NCBI GenBank assembly: GCA_040954595.2
Contig: CM082577.2
Coordinates: 19,566,303 to 19,630,302, forward strand
Length of the DNA: 64,000 nucleotides
Reading direction: 5' to 3'
Source: Balanoglossus misakiensis
Lineage: Eukaryota > Animalia > Hemichordata
In this document: piece after piece, positions 24,768-37,610 of the stretch
Position numbering within the stretch: the stretch's first letter is position 1
Layout: every line of letters starts with the position of its first letter
Made by a program: the position numbers and the translations under genes
Notes under the pieces: model-generated
The model's database searches: none
What the model was told of the DNA's origin: nothing
What the model saw: only the letters and a program-made list of their open reading frames with translations

Positions 24768-25315
24768 GTTGATGGGAACCAAGATCGCCGAAATAAGTGA
24801 CCGAACACGAAGCGCGAAAATTAGCCGTGTAGTCACCTTGCCAGCAACGTGTAGACTGACGTTCCGCTAGTGATAGCGCCCTCTATGGCAACAAAACATT
24901 ACTTTCTTGTATCTACTACGCGCCTCAAGAAAGTACACTATTTGATCAAACTCTCTCGACATGTTATGTATGATATTTTTGGCACCAAAACACTGTTTTT
25001 TTCACATCGGAAATTGTTAAATACATATTTTATTATCGAAAAACATACTTCAATGGTAGATAGATAATATTTTGTAATTTTCGGTTTGAATAAACATTTT
25101 TGGGGTGAGAAAAATGTCATACATAATAAGTACAGATTAAATCAAATTTATTCGTGTTTTAGTAAAGTAATTTTCATTCTTGTACTGCAGATGCCTAACC
25201 GCGATGGTTGCCCGAAAATGCTAAACTACTTTCAGTCTCTCCAACCCGAATCCGAAACCGAATCCGAAACTGAATCCGAAACCGAATCCGAGTCTTACTT
25301 CAGACATACGCAACA

Positions 25316-25530
25316 AATTGTCCTGAACTTCCACCAATCGAAAAGAATGGGTGGAAATCGGAGAATGGCGTGTTTCATACAGTAAAATGTCTTGCTCTCC
25401 CTGCACCATAGGCAGTACTAGAGCTTAATTATCAAATGTGGCTGCAAAGCAGGTTGTAGGGGACGTTGCAGTTGCTCAAAGAATGATTTACCATGTACTC
25501 CCCTCTGCAAATGCTATGGTGGAGACTGAA
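25316..25530 (+). pseudogene. Transposase C-terminal CXC (tesmin-like) fragment, Academ-type
   Basis: CPELPPIEKNGWKSENG...LPAP*AVLEL, frameshift, then KCGCKAGCRGRCSCSKNDLPCTPLCKCYGG. Confidence 0.65.
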
Positions 25531-25869
25531 AACCAATTAAGGGAAAATGTTCTTGAAGATAACGACACTGACGATGAGTAGATCAAACATAACTGGTTTT
25601 TGTGAAAATGATGATTGAGAATACCAAGATATCAGAAAAGAATCGTTATGCTTCTTGGGTTGTTTATTGCACCTTCCGTGGTAGGGAGGGTGCCTCAAGG
25701 GTTCATTTTATGAGATGGGACTGTAGCTCGGAAAATAAACTAAACTACACATTATGTACTTTATTATATATAAAGGAGTTTTAATTTACCTTAGTATACT
25801 AAATTTAGAATAAACGAAAAAATCTACGATTAAAAAACAACTGTTACAACGGGTTGGCGAAAACAAATA

Positions 25870-26902
25870 TAGAGAACCCCCCCCCCCACACACACACACA
25901 CCAAAAAATGTGGTAAAGGGGTCCAATATTTTGCACACCATCATTTTTCGGCAGTCAGTCTGCATTCAAGCGAAAGGAGCAAACCAAATTGCAAGAAATA
26001 CCACGACAATACTAACCGTATAGTAAATAGGTGAACAAGTATCTTCAGGGTGGCCAAAACAGAAATGATAAACCCCCCCCCCCCCCAAGACATGATGGAA
26101 GGTTCCAAAAATTTGAACCCACCCCATTTTAGTTCTGGTGGAGCCCCATTGAAACCAAAACATCAAAGAAAATAAAAATTTTAGCAAAATATTCTATGAG
26201 AAACGAGTAAATAGGCCAAAAACAACTTCGTATTGGCCAAAATGGAAGTGCCCCCCCCCCCAATAAAAAATGATGGGGGGGGGGGGGGGGGCTATAATTT
26301 GCACCCTATTATTTATGGCCAGGTGGGTCCCCTCCAAAGCAAAAACAACAAAAACAAATTAATTGTAGCCCAAATTCCCATGATAATAGAGTAAATAGGC
26401 CAACAAACAACTTCGGAGTGGCCACAATGGAAGTGCCCCCCCAAATAAAAAATGATGGAGGGGCCCTATAATTTGCACCCTATTATTTTTGGCCAGGTGG
26501 GTCCCCTCAAAAGCAAAAACAATAAAAACAAATTAATTGTAGCCCAAATTCCCATGATGATAGAGTAAATAGGTGAACAAATATCCTCGAGTGACCAAAA
26601 CAGAAGAGACCCCCAGAAAAAAATTGATGGAGGGGCCCTAAAAATTGCACCCCATGATTTTTGGGTAGTTGGGTCCCCATTGAAGCCAAACAGCAAAAAA
26701 AATCAATTTTAGCACAAAAATCCTACGGGAATACACATCATACCACAAAACGGAAGTACCCCCCCCCCCCAGAAAAATATGATGGAGGGGCCCTTAAAAT
26801 TGCACCCTATCATTTTCGGGTAGTTGGGTGCCCATAGAAGCCAAAACAGCAAAAAAATCAATTTTAGCACAAAAATCCTACGGGAATACACATCATACCA
26901 CA
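25870..26902. repeat. C/G-run-rich tandem subrepeats (units of about 150-190 bp)
   Basis: 26195-26400 is similar to 26385-26580, and 26610-26750 to 26760-26902. Confidence 0.7.
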
Positions 26903-26907
26903 CTATA

Positions 26908-27595
26908 TATGTAAGAAGCAAGATCTTGTCATCAATCCTGGCACAAACTGGTAGCCAATGCAGAGAGATGAGAGCGGGAGTGACATGTTCAAACTTCTTC
27001 GATCAGGTGATGATTCTTGCTGCTGTATTTTGCGAGCGCTGAAGTAGATTAATTGCAGATTGAGGAAGACCAAACAGTAACGAATTGCAGTAATCAAGTT
27101 CAGTTGAAAGAACTGCATGAATTAAAGTACAACAATCCTTAGAAGACAGGTACTGACGTATTGATCCGATGCGTCGAAGATGAAAATAGATGGACTTGCA
27201 GGTATTCTTGATGTGCTGGTTATACATATGGATACTATCAAAGACAACTCCCAGATTACGTGCTGTTGTTACTGGAGTGATAGATGCAGAGCCGATATTG
27301 ACGGAGGGAATAGGATAAGGAAGACGACTAAATTTTGAGCGAATAACAAGGACTTCAGTTTTGTTGTCATTTAGTGTTTATTCGATATCAGCGTCATCCA
27401 TGCCTTTATGTCACGGATACAGATCTCCAGAGATTGAACGGCAGAGGTAATGAATCTTGATGGGAAAAGGCGAGGTATAGCTGGTTATCATAAGCGTACT
27501 GATGAAATTGTAGGTTGTGGCGACGAATCACTTTACCAAGTGGGGCTATATAAATGGTGAACAGCAGAGGGCCAAGGACGGAGCCTTGTGGGGCT
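26908..27595 (-). mobile_element. Inverted duplicate of the L2 LINE fragment
   Basis: Reverse complement of 29956-30632, sharing the same lesions. Confidence 0.9.
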
Positions 27596-28521
27596 TACAC
27601 TAATTTGCGGAACGGAACGGAATAGCCACACGAAATAAAAAATAGTTTCTCCAAATCCAAAAAATTGTCCACGTTTTGCTTTTATCACCACACGGATTAT
27701 GAAATCGATGACTTATCTTAGGTGTTACTGGAATATTTATTACCAATCATTTTACATCATATTTTGTAGAGATTGCATAAACTCAGCTTAATAGGAATAT
27801 ATTGAAAGGTACGTAACAGGAAGTTCAGCATTCTTATCATTTCAACACAGGTGCATGTATTTACACTTAGCATCATTGTTGAAAAATATAGCCTGAGTTG
27901 TTTTTAATGATAATATGCTCATACCTACGACTGCCATGAGAGAAAGCCTGTTTCACCAGTAAAGCTAGTCTCTGTTGTAATGGGACAGTTTCCTTCCCAT
28001 GGTGTTTGTATAGGAATTCCTATAATAGGAGACTGTAGGTGTGTACTGAATCTTAAGAATGGTGGTAACTTTATTCATTATATCCTTGTCTAAAATGTTA
28101 CCAATGTTTATTCTGTCCATCCTTTGTAAACAAATCTTAAAATCACGGAAAACAACCAAAGTTTGTATTTAGGACATGATTCCGGAAGTGCATACCCCTT
28201 TTAAACCGTTTTACACAAGACAGTAGCGGCACAATCCATGTCAATTGGTTTATTGATTGAGAAAAAATACAAGCTTTCGCTTGGTAAAACTATCACTACC
28301 TAAATCGACAAATATTCTGCAACGCTTTCGAAAATATGCCCTGCGAGTCGTACTTCGGCTTACATGTCCGCCATTTTGAATTAATGAGTTGTTCGCAGCG
28401 AGTCACCTCCGTCTTACGCCTTCCATTGTTACAAAACGTTCGCGAAAAACAATAACAAAAGATCGTTCGACATGAAAACGTTTCCGAACGTTACCGAACG
28501 CTTCGTACGTCGAACGCACCC

Positions 28522-28615
28522 CTGGTTCCCTGCCCCAATCCCACCGCTGGCTGCGCTATGCTAAAGGGCCCTTTAGCGTAGCGCAGCCAGCGGTGGGATT
28601 GGGGCAGGGTACCAG
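28522..28615. repeat. 94-bp near-perfect loopless palindrome
   Basis: Centred on aaagggcccttt, with two mismatches. Confidence 0.9.
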
Positions 28616-29955
28616 CCAAGCCGTTGATATACGAAAGTTCAGCAAAATCACATAAATACATACATAGACATGGCTAGTACATGTAATCGCCTATATATAA
28701 ACGTTTTGCAAAGCCTTGTCCATGCCATTCAGACGCCAATGTAATTTATTTACTGACAGGCGAATTGCCTGCTAAAAAAGAATCCCGCCCCAAAAGGTCA
28801 ATGTACGAGTATATTCACAGGGCGAAGGATTAGTTGAAACAAAGCAGGCCTATTTGGTAGTGTCCGTAAGCCTTCTAGGGTCAAACACTGACAAAAAGTA
28901 GTAGCTATATATAGAAACACAATTCATGTAACTCACACAACATAGTATCATTGTCGAAATTTCTTTATTGCCTCCTTCGCCCTGTGGTATTTAAGGAAAC
29001 GGTGTCAGTTGCTGCCGCGTAACTTTTGTATTTTGTCGAAAATGAGGTCGTTTTGAGGTTTCGATCTTTCGTGGTTTCGTGTTTTGTTTTTGTTTTTTGT
29101 GGTTTCGTTGTTTCGTTGTTTCGCAAAGTATAACTAGCTCATAGACATACATAGATCCATTACTTTTAGGGGTGGCCGAGACCCATATCTCACTGAATGT
29201 CTGTTTGCTGGTGATTATTCTCTATGCCACACTAGCTTCTGCTTTTTTATTCATGTATATCTTCCAGAGGATTTTAAAAAATCGCGTCAAGGACACGGTG
29301 CTCCCATTGAGTGATTACACAAGAAAAAGTCTACACCGGAGTACATGGCCATATACAGACAGACAGACACACACACACACACACACATAGCGAGAGATCA
29401 ATGGGCAAACACTGACTGACCCATAAGCTGCCAATGGCATATGTACTGTACATACACTAAATAGAACAGCTGGAATAAAGTTACCACCATTCTTAAGATT
29501 CAGTACACACCTACAGTCTCCTATTATAGGAATTCCTATACAAACACCATGGGAAGGAAACTGTCCCATTACAACAGAGACTAGCTTTACTGGTGAAACA
29601 GGCTTTCTCTCATGGCAGTCGTAGGTATGAGCATATTATCATTAAAAACAACTCAGGCTATATTTTTCAACAATGATGCTAAGTGTAAATACATGCATCT
29701 GTGTTGAAATGATAAGAATGCTGAACTTCCTGTTACGTACCTTTCAATATATTCCTATTAAGCTGAGTTTATGCAATCTCTACAAAATATGATGTAAAAT
29801 GATTGGTAATAAATATTCCAGTAACACCTAAGATAAGTCATCGATTTCATAATCCGTGTGGTGATAAAAGCAAAACGTGGACAATTTTTTGGATTTGGAG
29901 AAACTATTTTTTATTTCGTGTGGCTATTCCGTTCCGTTCCGCAAATTAGTGTAAG

Positions 29956-30969
29956 CCCCACAAGGCTCCGTCCTTGGCCCTCTGCTGTTCACCATTTATA
30001 TAGCCCCACTTGGTAAAGTGATTCGTCGCCACAACCTACAATTTCATCAGTACGCCGATGATAACCAGCTATACCTCGCCTTTTCCCATCAAGATTCAAC
30101 CTCTGCCGTTCAATCTCTGGAGATCTGTATCCGTGACATAAAGGCATGGATGACGCTGAATAAACACTAAATGACAACAAAACTGAAGTCCTTGTTATTC
30201 GCTCAAAATTTAGTCGTCTTCCTTATCCTATTCCCTCCGTCAATATCGGCTCTGCATCTATCACTCCAGTAACAACAGCACGTAATCTGGGAGTTGTCTT
30301 TGATAGTATCCATATGTATAACCAGCACATCAAGAATACCTGCAAGTCCATCTATTTTCATCTTCGACGCATCGGATCAATACGTCAGTACCTGTCTTCT
30401 AAGGATTGTTGTACTTTAATTCATGCAGTTCTTTCAACTGAAATTGATTACTGCAATTCGTTACTGTTTAGTCTTCCTCAATCTGCAATTAATCTACTTC
30501 AGCGCTCGCAAAATACAGCAGCAAGAATCATCACCTGATCGAAGAAGTTTGAACATGTCACTCCCGCTCTCATCTCTCTGCATTGGCTACCAGTTTGTGC
30601 CAGGATTGATGACAAGATCTTGCTTCTTATATAAGGCCGTTCATGGCCTTACCCCGGAGTACATTTCTGACATGGTTAATCGATATACCCCTTCACGCAG
30701 CTTAAGGTCTCGGGAAAAGAACCTTCTGACAATAACACATTACAAACAAGTCAACTATGGTGGACGTGCATTTTCTTATGCTGCTCCAAAGCTCTGGAAC
30801 TCACTACCTGATGACATTCGTCTAGCTACCAGTCTAGACTCTTTTAAGGGGAAACTGAAGACTCACTTGTTTAAAACAGCCTACAGTGTGTGAACAACCA
30901 TCGGGCGCCACTGAACAGTTCTCTGGATATTGGCGCCATATAAATGTTTTTGATTGATTGATTGATTGA
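29956..30969 (+). mobile_element. 5'-truncated L2/CR1-group LINE with (TTGA)n tail
   Basis: [57 protein letters not shown]. Contains frameshifts and stops. Confidence 0.9.
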
Positions 30970-31994
30970 AAGCACCACAAATGATGCCTGTCACACATTT
31001 TACCCAGTCACGCCTTGTAATCCTTACCAACCTGCTCCAGTTCAAAGCTACTCCTGGGTCACTGGGAAAGCTCTGCATCGATATACCGTCGTTAAATTCA
31101 TGTTGCTACACCCACCAACAACACTGTATTTCACCATTTTTGAAGCAGACTATGGCGCTCAACATGCTCAATGCACAATGCAAAAATCATATTCTTTTGT
31201 ATTCTACTAGTGACGTCAATTCCTGTTTAGGACGCGCGAAATCCGAAACTTCACGATCAGAGGCATATCATACAAGTCACCCAAAAATTACGTTTTTTTC
31301 TGTTTAACGTTTTTTTGTTTTTTTAGATTTTTATTTGCCCTTTTCCAGAAAAAAGGAGTATGCTTGGACATGACATCGTTTATTCCTGTTCAAATAAATA
31401 TGAGAATTTTGACAGGACCTAGAAACAATTTTTATACACAAAAAACAAGACAAAGCAAAGTTGTTCCTCTTATATGGTTGTAAACATAACAAATGCAAAG
31501 AACAGTCTGATAGGCAAGAAAACTTTGAAAATAACATGAGTGTTGCAATCACAATTAGTCATGTTCTATTGACTGTGAAAAATGATTACCCAACAATACT
31601 ACCATAAATAGAAGATTGAGGACACATCTCCCTCAATGATTCATTTTCACTGTCCTCGCATGTTAATTTACATATTTTATGCAAAATCATAACATTGACA
31701 TAGTCATTCTTGATTGTTTTGTGACTTGTATTACATGTAGTAGTATCTTATGTTTGGTACGAGTATATGTGGGGAAGAGGTTGTACTTTTATGTCGCACA
31801 TTGCAGTCTTAGTCGCTGGTTCCCCACCTCCCCCCAATATTTGTCCTCATTTGTTTTCCTTTTTTCTAATTTTCCTCTCTCTTGTAGATGAACGCAATAT
31901 TAATGACTCTCCTGTACAGCATTTATGTTCCTTAAAATCATCCCTTGCATAACCTTGCGTATATCTTCATTCTTTCATCATTCAATGGATGTCT

Positions 31995-32012
31995 TTACTC
32001 TCCCACCAACTC
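31995..32012 (-). CDS. TELO2: Probable TELO2 terminal coding exon (ELVGE-stop)
   Basis: Strong acceptor tttttttttactcag, phase 0, GAG TTG GTG GGA GAG TAA. Followed by an AT-rich 3' UTR-like region with AATAAA on the minus strand at about 31379-31384. Confidence 0.6.
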   Translation of the reverse strand, partial: ELVGE

Positions 32013-32215
32013 CTGAGTAAAAAAAATACCCATAAATATCAGACTTCCATTAAATATATTTAATATTGCATACATGTACAAATTCTGAAAAAAATGTTAT
32101 AATGCCACAACTATTTGTGTTATACATCATTGCATGTAGTTTGTGTGACTGTTCTACCATGCTACAGGTATATGGAATTGGGTGATTTTGGTTTTAAAAA
32201 ATAGGACAGCAACAT

Positions 32216-33214
32216 CAGTCTGGTCGCAGGGAGGGTAATTAAGCAGCAGGGGATTATGCAATGCAAACACTTGAACTGGCCAGTAACGTTTGAATTCCTC
32301 ATTTGCATACAGTTTTTCAACTTTTTTCAGAACGAAAGTTTAGCGACTTGCAACCCATTTCTGACAATTATTTCACCCCAGGCACATTACTGGTACTATG
32401 AGTGTACTACATGTGATTTTTCATGAAGTTTTATCAAGAAGAATTTCTTTACTTCCACTGACAAAATTGTGATCACGAAATTCAAAGTGACCTTGAAGTT
32501 AATAAAAAAAAAAATATCTGCCATACCCACACAAAAATTAACCCCCTCAGGTTTTAGAAACATTATTAAACTCTTCTATTCATTATTTTGAAATGAATAT
32601 ATCCATGCCGTAGGTCAAGGACCACAATTTACAGTGCCATAGTAGACAGTGACAGGTCAGTCAGCGTGGGGATAGTGAATTGACTCCGTATGTAATATGC
32701 TAATGAGAGTTAACTTAGCCTTGAAAAGGAAGCCATTACGTCTTAGGTCAACATGCCTTGACCTAGTTCAGTGGATGTTCAGTGGTATACATATGGTATA
32801 CACGGCTCTACTCGTCGATGGCGAAGGCAATTTTTACACCGTCATTACTCCACAACGCAGCGGCTCACAACATTAAAATTTCACGGTAACTTAGTTCAAT
32901 ATCTTCCTAACCTACCCATTTTTTTTCAAGACAAGAAATCTTTTCCGTGAGTCAGGGACCACAATTTCAATCAACATACCGAAACTGTCTTTCTCGGGAA
33001 CGCATCGTTAAAACTTCACGAAAAATCATCCTATCATTGACTGTGGTGTTTCATACACGTCTTAGAAAAATGGATGCACTACGATCACTTGTAGTACCGA
33101 AAATCTCCGTTTGAAAATTTTTCAAACCGGCTGTAACTGCCACTCAGTGACGTTCACATTAAAATAGATCTCTTTGATCTCGCCGCCTTAATGACCCTCC
33201 CTGCGACCAGACTG
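32216..33214. mobile_element. TIR element with 4-bp TSD (unclassified) in the last TELO2 intron
   Basis: cagtctggtcgcagggagggt...accctccctgcgaccagactg, TSD acat. Confidence 0.75.
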
Positions 33215-33871
33215 ACATGAATTAGCAGAAGGTTAAATTGACACAATTATCTGAAGGGCTTGTGTTGCATGAGACAGACATCTTACATCCCTGCCTAATA
33301 TTTACCAAAAGACCCTCTCCCCAGTCTCACTGCTCTGGCATGATAAATTATCGCTAGGGCTGATGAAACATAAGGTACTACTAGAGAGTTTATCACCATT
33401 ATAAACCCATTAGTCTTGATAAAATCATTAATTTCAATGGTAAAAGAGCTTTTGATCCTAATTACTTCATTATAGATATACATTCAAGGACTTTTCCTCT
33501 GTTGTACATATTCATCTCTTCTTGTGAAATACCATGTACAATTGTATAAAAACACCTCTGTTTGATACTAATCATCAGTTAAGGTAGTACATGCCTCAGG
33601 GACAGATTTTCGGGGGGGGGGGGGGAAATGCTAGTCCTCCAAACCTTTTAATTCTTTGCTATATTAATGTGTGTGCAGGTTTTTAAAAAAATAACTGAGA
33701 AAACTGGGAGTTAACCATCTTGTTTTTTAAATAACATCAGTCAAACCTGTGTATAGACTAAGAGACTGGTCATTGGACTGAGGCTAAGTGGTCTTTATAG
33801 AGAGGTTTAAATTTATTAATTCATGTGTGAATATTAAGTAGGGCGTAGTGAATTGTACAATCACGTCTATC

Positions 33872-33931
33872 CACATACATACATACATACATACATACAT
33901 ACATACATACATACATACATACATACATACA

Positions 33932-33963
<32 letters not shown>

Positions 33964-33964
33964 C
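33872..33964 (+). repeat. (ACAT)n microsatellite
   Basis: Read directly from the sequence. Confidence 0.98.
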
Positions 33965-34618
33965 GAATTATGCAGTTCAAATGGTCTGATACAAAGTGCT
34001 TGATACTAAAGTAGAGCAGAATACAAAGTAATAGTAGCTGGAGAACCATAAGCGGTATAATCTCTACCATGTTGTTTCGTGAGTCACTGGACTAGCTCAT
34101 CAGGAGATAAAAAAGTTTAGTCTCCTGATGAGCACGATGAAGAAATTAAATGAAACAATGTTGTAGAGATTATACCGCCTATCGTTTCTCCAGCTACACT
34201 TACTTTAAATTCTGCAGTAATCTAGTTTCGTGCACTTTGCGTCAGACCTGTCGAACCACAGATTTCATAAACATGCATACATACATACACACACACATCC
34301 ATACAAACATACATACATACACACACACACATACATAGGATAGAGTCCAGACTTGTGTGCTGGTTTCACTTTGCTCACTCCACACAGACTACCATTTTAG
34401 TCTTCATTTTGAAATGTGGCTAATTTGCATGTCAAAAGGACTCAAACCAAGGAACCTCAGCAACGTGGTTACCATGTAATCATGACTATAACGTCGTACA
34501 AGTCAAGCATCATTTCCAAAGGGATATCTTGAGAAATGTTTTTAATCTGTATTCAGCGATTTTCTGCTAGTTATTTACAGTGACTACACCGACACTAATT
34601 GTTCACAGAAATCATTAC

Positions 34619-34701
34619 CTTTTTCAGGACAGTTTCAAGAATCATCAGGGTTTGACGAGCAAGTTTGTTACATTCAGTGTCTGGATCTTTACTGATGACA
34701 T
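34619..34701 (-). CDS. TELO2: TELO2 penultimate coding exon
   Basis: 83-nt exon with acceptor ttttcctccctctttctag and donor AAG|gtaatg. Encodes (D)VISKDPDTECNKLARQTLMILETVLKK, resembling the recalled TELO2 [22 protein letters not shown]. Phase is compatible with the upstream exon. Confidence 0.85.
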
Positions 34702-34958
34702 CTAGAAAGAGGGAGGAAAAATAGCGTCAAGGACACTGTGGTCCCATTTGAGGATTACACAGAAATAGGTATACATGTACACCAGAATAAAAATCGTGTG
34801 ACATTAGCAATCAGATATGACCAAACCATATATAAATATTGAATTGTAAAAAAAAAATATCATGGAACATGACAAATAAATGTCTTGGGTCATGGCAGTC
34901 TTACAAGCACTGCTCGAAAAATATGTTTTTGACCAAACATTGACTATACAAATATATA

Positions 34959-35824
34959 CCGTACTTGCCCGGGTAAGAGCCCCGGGTGCTGGGCCAACAG
35001 ATTAGCGAAAAAACAGGGGGGGGGGGGGGCTTTAGCCCGAATATGACCTCGAGATTTATGCAAATGAGGGCCTAGGGACACGAGGAAGGGGTGAATAATG
35101 ATGCAAATAACATGGCCAAACATGTCACGGTCAAACAACGTATTTATTAAATAATAAAAAGTTTTTTACCCATAAATGAAATACAGAAAACATATTACAG
35201 TCGCCGCCGTTTAATCGGGACACCATGGGCGCAGACAAAACATCACGTTTAACCGGGACATTGGTAAATGGTCGATCCCACCCATGCATTTAATACTTAG
35301 ACGTCGTCGGACGGACGCACGTAAATACATCTATCTTAATCGTGGCAATCATGCCTTTCTCTACCGGAATTTTTGAGTGGTTCATTCGGGATCTTCCAAT
35401 TTTGGGTGTTTCGCGTCGAGGACGGACTGAAGCAGCTCCACGCGGTCGCTTAAGAAAGTTCCCCGGTGACCTCATACGCGGCAGCGCGTCCATCTACGTG
35501 ATCGTTGAATTCGAGGCACGGCCCCGAGGGACCTGTCTGAGGTCATGTTTTCTAGAGCGGCCGCGGTGGGTACGATAATCAGCGCGAAAGTAAATCATCA
35601 TACGTTTTTTTTTTCACATTTAGTGACTTTGGGGATGAAAATCCGCCTTTTTTGCATTGCACTTTATTAAATTTCCAAGAATTTAATGGATATTCGGCCG
35701 GGGGGGGGGGGGGGGGGGGGGGGGCTTTAGACCGGATATGACCTCGATCTTCAAATGGGCCCTAAAACCAGGGGGGGGGGGGGGGCGTTTGTCCGAGCAG
35801 GGGTTCTTACCCGGGCAAGTACGG
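34959..35824. mobile_element. Tc1/pogo-like MITE (TA TSD)
   Basis: TIR ccgtacttgcccgggtaaga...tcttacccgggcaagtacgg flanked by TA. Confidence 0.85.
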
Positions 35825-36317
35825 TATAACAAGCAACTGCTTCCTTTAGTCAGCCCTGGGACAGACGGACAGAGACACTCACAGACCCGCCACTGGTAAT
35901 TAAAAATAGAATAGCTGGTGGTCTCTGTAATGTAAGTTGGGGTACCAACTCTTGTAAACAGTAACTTTCAAAGCAACTGCACTGGACAATTGATTTAGGA
36001 GAAGATTTGCTAGCCAAAAATAAAGAACTTTACAAAAAAAAACTCGCTAAATATTGAAAATTTCTGCTATAATTTAATAAAAGTTGAACATGTATATGTT
36101 ACATGTATGAACTTGTGTCCCAAATTCCAAAGCAATCAGAGAAAAACTTGGGTTACCCCTAGGAATACTCCTACAAAATTTCAAAGCAATAAAACAAGCA
36201 GTTTCACAGAAAACAATATTTGTTCAAAAGTGGCAAAAACAAAAATATACAAATATCACCATGCCTGCCAAAGTTCAAAGCAATGTGACAGGCGGTTTCA
36301 GAGAAAACAATTTAAAA

Positions 36318-37595
36318 TTAAAGCTGCAAGCAGCGTTGGCGGGGCACAAGCGGTTCCCATGGTAACCAGCAAATGCCAAGGCTGTATCTGCTGTGGATAC
36401 CAAGATATGGGAAAGTAGGTCAAAGGTCAGCTGAGGTCACCCCAAATTTGGGCAAAAAAATCGGAACCCATACTAGTCTAGGTCCAACAAAAACCAGATC
36501 CCTAGCTCTATTGGTTCGCCTAGAATTAGGTATGCGCATAATTAATGAGGTCTAGTGTAAGACTCCATATGTGCTCCATCGCCCCCCCCCCCCCAAAAGC
36601 CAGGACTCTAACTGCTGTGGATGCTGAGATATGGGAAAGTAGACCAAAGGTCATCCAAAGGTCACCCAAAATTTGGGCATAAAATTTTGACCCCAGAGTG
36701 GGCCATGTCCAACTAAAACCAGACCTCTAGCCCTATTGGTTAGCCTGGAATTAGATATGCAGAAAAATGATGTTTCAGAAATAGGTCAAGGGTCATTGCC
36801 AAAATTACCAAAATATTTGTGTCATGTCCTGGCAGCATTGGTACCCATGTCCACAAAATTCATGACTGGTGCTTTGACAAGAGAAGGTATGGGGAATATG
36901 CATATATAATTAGTTGTTTTAAAACTGGGTCAAAGGTCATGTGAAAATTGCCCCGAAAAATTGTGACAACTTCCGGTCATATGATGACTCATATCCAAAA
37001 AAAGAATTTCCGTGCTGTCAACATTTTGGCTACAAAACGGAATTTTCATTTTTCAATGGTTTTCTGAAAATCCAACATGGCTGCCATAATGATCGACCAA
37101 TCACAGTGCGCTTCGCAAACTTGATAGACATTACATAGGTTAGGTGACCACATACCCCGAATCCCGTGACTCGGCAATCGCTGGTTCTGGAGAAGAAGAT
37201 TTTTAAAGTTTTAAGTAGTTTTTTAGAAAAACAATTGTAGCAAAAAAACTTTATGTGTGACGTCATGATTTCAATGAGCTAAAATGATGGACAGAAGGTA
37301 GGCTACCTGCACACCAAATTTGAACTCGATCAGCCCAGTGGTTTTTGAGAAGGACTCGTTTAACGATTTTCAGGAAATCCAATATGGCCACCAGGTCACA
37401 TGACTAATTGAATATTCACGAGCCACTGCACGTCTACTCATTGGCCCCTACCACCCTACCACGTTTCAGCCCCCTAGGTGCTGCGGTTTTCCAGATGTAC
37501 AATGACATATTTCTCGGAAGAAGAATAATAATAAAGAAGAAATATTCCAACAATACCAATAGGGGCACAAGCCCGATAGGCTTGTGCCCCTAAAA
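36318..37595 (+). mobile_element. Helentron-like non-autonomous element, family A
   Basis: Same 5' end, with a single 3' hairpin aggggcacaagcccgataggcttgtgcccct. Confidence 0.7.
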
Positions 37596-37610
37596 ATGCA
37601 CATATTTCCC

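Larger units (their letters stand above)
19470..24938 (-). mobile_element. PAT-like (DIRS order) tyrosine-recombinase retrotransposon with split direct repeats, near full length, inactivated
   Basis: Repeats: A1 24817-24938, B1 20550-20656 abutting A2 (19910-19949 plus 20468-20549), B2 19470-19657. ORFs are gag, RT/RNaseH/MTase and YR. No clear TSD. Confidence 0.92.
19338..25290. mobile_element. TIR element (about 480 bp when empty) hosting the PAT-like insertion
   Basis: Imperfect inverted repeats of about 115-125 bp, 19338-19451 versus 25166-25290, with (ggattc/gtttcg) hexamer arrays. Confidence 0.75.
26908..30632. repeat. Large inverted duplication (arms 26908-28076 and 29473-30632)
   Basis: Near-identical arms of about 1.16 kb around a spacer of about 1.4 kb. 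Confidence 0.9.

Noticed and set aside
19470-24938. Bacterial prophage, retron or integrase-methylase defence system (RT + MTase + integrase)
   Set aside because: The gag zinc knuckle, DIRS-type RT/RH and split direct repeats identify a eukaryotic YR retrotransposon.
33295-33530. Alternative TELO2 last exon or short ORF
   Set aside because: The acceptor is weak and the peptide is not recognisable. The exon at 32012 has a much better acceptor and the correct phase.
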